From an uncultured Spirochaetales bacterium (GTDB lineage: Bacteria; Myxococcota_A; UBA9160; UBA6930): a stretch of DNA of 63,882 bases. How positions within the stretch are numbered: the first letter of the stretch is position 1; the number at the start of each line of letters is the position of its first letter. The translations under genes and the position numbers were made by a program. This document shows, piece after piece, positions 61,575-63,882 of the stretch. The stretch covers positions 1 to 63,882 of the forward strand of contig CAYWRY010000003.1 of assembly GCA_964460485.1 (NCBI GenBank), given 5' to 3'. The notes under the pieces are model-generated. The model was not told where the DNA came from, searched no databases, and saw nothing but the letters and a program-made list of their open reading frames with translations.

Positions 61575-62134
61575 AGAAGACCGCGACCATCGCGGCGCTG
61601 ATTGCGCTGTTCGCGCTCGCCGGCTGCGAAGAGCAGGGCCCGACCGTGTCGACGGCGGACTACGAGAAGGCGCGCGCCGCCGCCGCCGCGCGCGGCCCCG
61701 CCGCGGCGCCGCAGGCGACGGCCGCCGATCCCGGCAAGCTGGCGGCCGACGCCGGCACGCGAACGAACTACGGCGCGAGCTCCGCGGGCTACCGCTACGA
61801 CCCGACGGGCAAGCGCGATCCGTTCCGCTCGTTCGTGCGGGACAAGCTGCGCGAGGACATCGCCGACGTCGAGAGCCCGCTCGAACAGTTCGAGCTCGGT
61901 CAGCTCACGATCTCCGGCGTCGTGTGGCAAGCCGACCGGCGCCGGGCGCTGGTGCTGGATCCGTCCGGCCAGGCCTACGTCGTGAAGACTGGCGACCGGA
62001 TCGGCAAGAACGACGGCGTCGTCACCGAGATCGGCGACTCGGCGCTGGTGGTGCTCGAGTCCTACGTCGACTTCCACGGCGACAAGACCGAGAAAGAGAT
62101 CGAGATGCGCATTCGGCAGAGCACGGGAGGGTGA
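61571..62134 (+). CDS. pilP: Type IV pilus lipoprotein PilP
   Basis: Lipobox FALAGC; YDPTGKRDPF, SPLEQFELGQL, ALVLDPSG, GDRIGKNDG. Confidence 0.92.
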   Translation: MKKTATIAALIALFALAGCEEQGPTVSTADYEKARAAAAARGPAAAPQATAADPGKLAADAGTRTNYGASSAGYRYDPTGKRDPFRSFVRDKLREDIADVESPLEQFELGQLTISGVVWQADRRRALVLDPSGQAYVVKTGDRIGKNDGVVTEIGDSALVVLESYVDFHGDKTEKEIEMRIRQSTGG

Positions 62135-62139
62135 GTCCG

Positions 62140-63882
62140 ATGTCCGCACTGCACGACTACCTGAAGAGCGGGGTCCTCACCCGCGCGGCCGCATCGCTGG
62201 CGTTCGCGTTGGCGCTCGGCTGTGCCTCGGCGCCTTCGCCGACGGCCTCGGAGGACGAGGCTTCGTCCGACGAGATCGGCCTCGCCGCGGGCGAGGGCGA
62301 GTCCGGGGCACAGGATCCCTGGGCGCAGGGCGCGAGCGCGGCGAACGACGCCGCGCAGAGCGCAGCGGAGGCGGCGGCTGCCGCCTCGCCCGCGACGAAG
62401 CTCACCGGCGTCTCCGCGCGCGAGGCCGACGGCGGCGTCGTCGTCGAGCTGGCGGCGGACGGGCGCATCGAGGGCGCCGAGGTGTTCACGGTGGAGGATC
62501 CGCTCCGCCTCGTGATCGACCTGCCCGGTCTGAAGAGCGAGGGCGTGCCCGCCAAGAGCGACGTCGCCGGAGCGCTGATCTCGAAGATCCGCGTGGCGCA
62601 GCACGACGCCAAGGTGCGCGTCGTCGTCGACGCCGCGCAGGGCGTGACAAGCTTCCCCGCGCAGACTTCTCAGGCGCTGGCCGGCGGCATGTCGATCGCG
62701 CTCGGCGAGACGATCGCGGCGCCGGCGGAGGAGCCGACGGCCGTCGCCGAGGCGAGCGCGCCGGAGGCCGGGGCTGGGGCGGAGACCGCCGCCGTGCCGG
62801 CCGCGATGCCCGAGGAAGAAGCCGCCGCGCAGCCTGCGCTCCAGACCGTGCTCGGGGTGCAGTTCGACGCCGGCGTGGACCGCGATCGCGTGGTGATCGT
62901 GAGCGATGGAGCCGCGAACTACAGCTCGTGGGAGCCGGACGCGGAGACCTTCGTCGTGCGCATCAGCGACGCCACCATCGACGAGTCCGCGCAGGTGCGG
63001 GTCGCGCCGGAGAACCCCGGCTCGGTCTCGCTGGTGACGGCCTTCGCGCAGCCCGATCTGGCTCGACCCGAGGTGCGCGTGGTGATCACGCGCGCGGCGG
63101 GCTTGAAGCCGAGCGTCTCGCAAGAGGGCACGATGATCGTGATCGACTTCGCCAACACGGCGAAGGCCGAAGCCGTGCCGGTGGCGACGCAGAAGCCGAG
63201 CGAGGAGATCGTCGCGGACGCGGCGAAGGACTCGGGCGCGGCGAGCAGCGACGGCGCCGCAGCGGCGACGTCCAGCGCTGCTCCGGCTCCGGCGATCGCC
63301 ACGGACGCTGCTCCGCTCCAGGCGCCGGCCTCGATCGGGGGCGGCGCGATCGACGAGCTCGAAGAGGGCGGCCTCACGAACGGCAAGGTCTACAACGGCC
63401 GGCGCATCTCGCTCGACTTCAAGGACGTGGAAGTCGACGACGTGCTGCGCCTGATCGCCGAGGTGTCCGAGCTGAACGTGATCGCCGGCGACGAGGTGAA
63501 CGGCCAGGTGACGATTCGCCTCGTGGACGTGCCCTGGGACCAGGCGCTCGACGTGATCCTCTTGACCAAGGGCCTCGGCTTCGTGCGCGTCGGCAACGTG
63601 CTGCGCATCGCGCCGACGGACGTGCTCAAGGCGGAGGAGGAGGCGCGCCTGCAGGAGCGCCGCGCCAAGGAGAAGCTCGAGGACCTCGTCGTCAAGCTCC
63701 AGCCCGTGAACTACGCCGACGTGGAGGAGGTCGCGAAGCTCGTGAAGAAGCTGCTGTCGGCGCGCGGCACGGTCGACGTCGACGAGCGCACGAACACGGT
63801 GATCCTGAAGGACATCGCGTCGGTGATCGACGAGGCGACCGCGCTCATCAAGGCGATCGACACGCAGACGCCGCAGGTGATG
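62140..63882 (+). CDS. pilQ: Type IV pilus secretin PilQ (3' truncated by the window end)
   Basis: Possible lipobox ALALGC; AMIN-like repeats (PLRLVIDLPG, KIRVAQHD..VRVVVD); YNGRRISLDFKDVEV, VTIRLVDVPWDQALDVIL, LQPVNYA, GTVDVDERTNTVILKD. Confidence 0.93.
   Translation, partial: MSALHDYLKSGVLTRAAASLAFALALGCASAPSPTASEDEASSDEIGLAAGEGESGAQDPWAQGASAANDAAQSAAEAAAAASPATKLTGVSAREADGGVVVELAADGRIEGAEVFTVEDPLRLVIDLPGLKSEGVPAKSDVAGALISKIRVAQHDAKVRVVVDAAQGVTSFPAQTSQALAGGMSIALGETIAAPAEEPTAVAEASAPEAGAGAETAAVPAAMPEEEAAAQPALQTVLGVQFDAGVDRDRVVIVSDGAANYSSWEPDAETFVVRISDATIDESAQVRVAPENPGSVSLVTAFAQPDLARPEVRVVITRAAGLKPSVSQEGTMIVIDFANTAKAEAVPVATQKPSEEIVADAAKDSGAASSDGAAAATSSAAPAPAIATDAAPLQAPASIGGGAIDELEEGGLTNGKVYNGRRISLDFKDVEVDDVLRLIAEVSELNVIAGDEVNGQVTIRLVDVPWDQALDVILLTKGLGFVRVGNVLRIAPTDVLKAEEEARLQERRAKEKLEDLVVKLQPVNYADVEEVAKLVKKLLSARGTVDVDERTNTVILKDIASVIDEATALIKAIDTQTPQVM

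Overview
Very GC-rich bacterial DNA; gene content and order suggest Myxococcota or a related deltaproteobacterium (inference). From left to right: (i) a housekeeping operon (conserved hypothetical, EF-G paralogue, coaX, birA, nadC) with a RomR-like polarity regulator; (ii) a regulatory island (PP2C phosphatase, stand-alone FliA/WhiG-family sigma factor, two sigma54 activators, PAS kinase, single-domain receiver); (iii) accessory genes, including a membrane/coiled-coil protein ending in a RelE/Gp49-like domain and a GT4-methyltransferase-GT4 cluster; (iv) a peptidoglycan-recycling cluster (anmK, MBL hydrolase, murU, amgK, SpmA/SpmB fusion, dacB); (v) rsmD-coaD-PGM-coaBC-nfeD-stomatin, lptF/G and ribF; (vi) a type IVa pilus locus of about 24 kb (pilBTC-pilSR-second kinase-minor pilins-Ig lipoprotein-pilY1-PEP-CTERM-like gene-second activator-HTH-pilMNOPQ) that lacks pilA and pilD. 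The main observation is a sigma28-type promoter motif, T(C/T)AAG-N15/16-(G/C/T)CCGA(T/A/C)NN. It occurs seven times, always intergenic and pointing into a gene: PP2C, a sigma54 activator, pilB, the minor pilins, the PEP-CTERM-like gene, the pilR2-like gene and HTH-pilM. Weaker copies precede romR. The sigma28 gene itself has a sigma54 promoter. This suggests a flagellar-style sigma54-to-sigma28 hierarchy wired to type IV pili and cell polarity, with no flagellar genes in the window. No rRNA, tRNA, CRISPR array or mobile element was recognised. All assignments are by eye from motifs; no database searches were run, and start codons marked as chosen are my picks.
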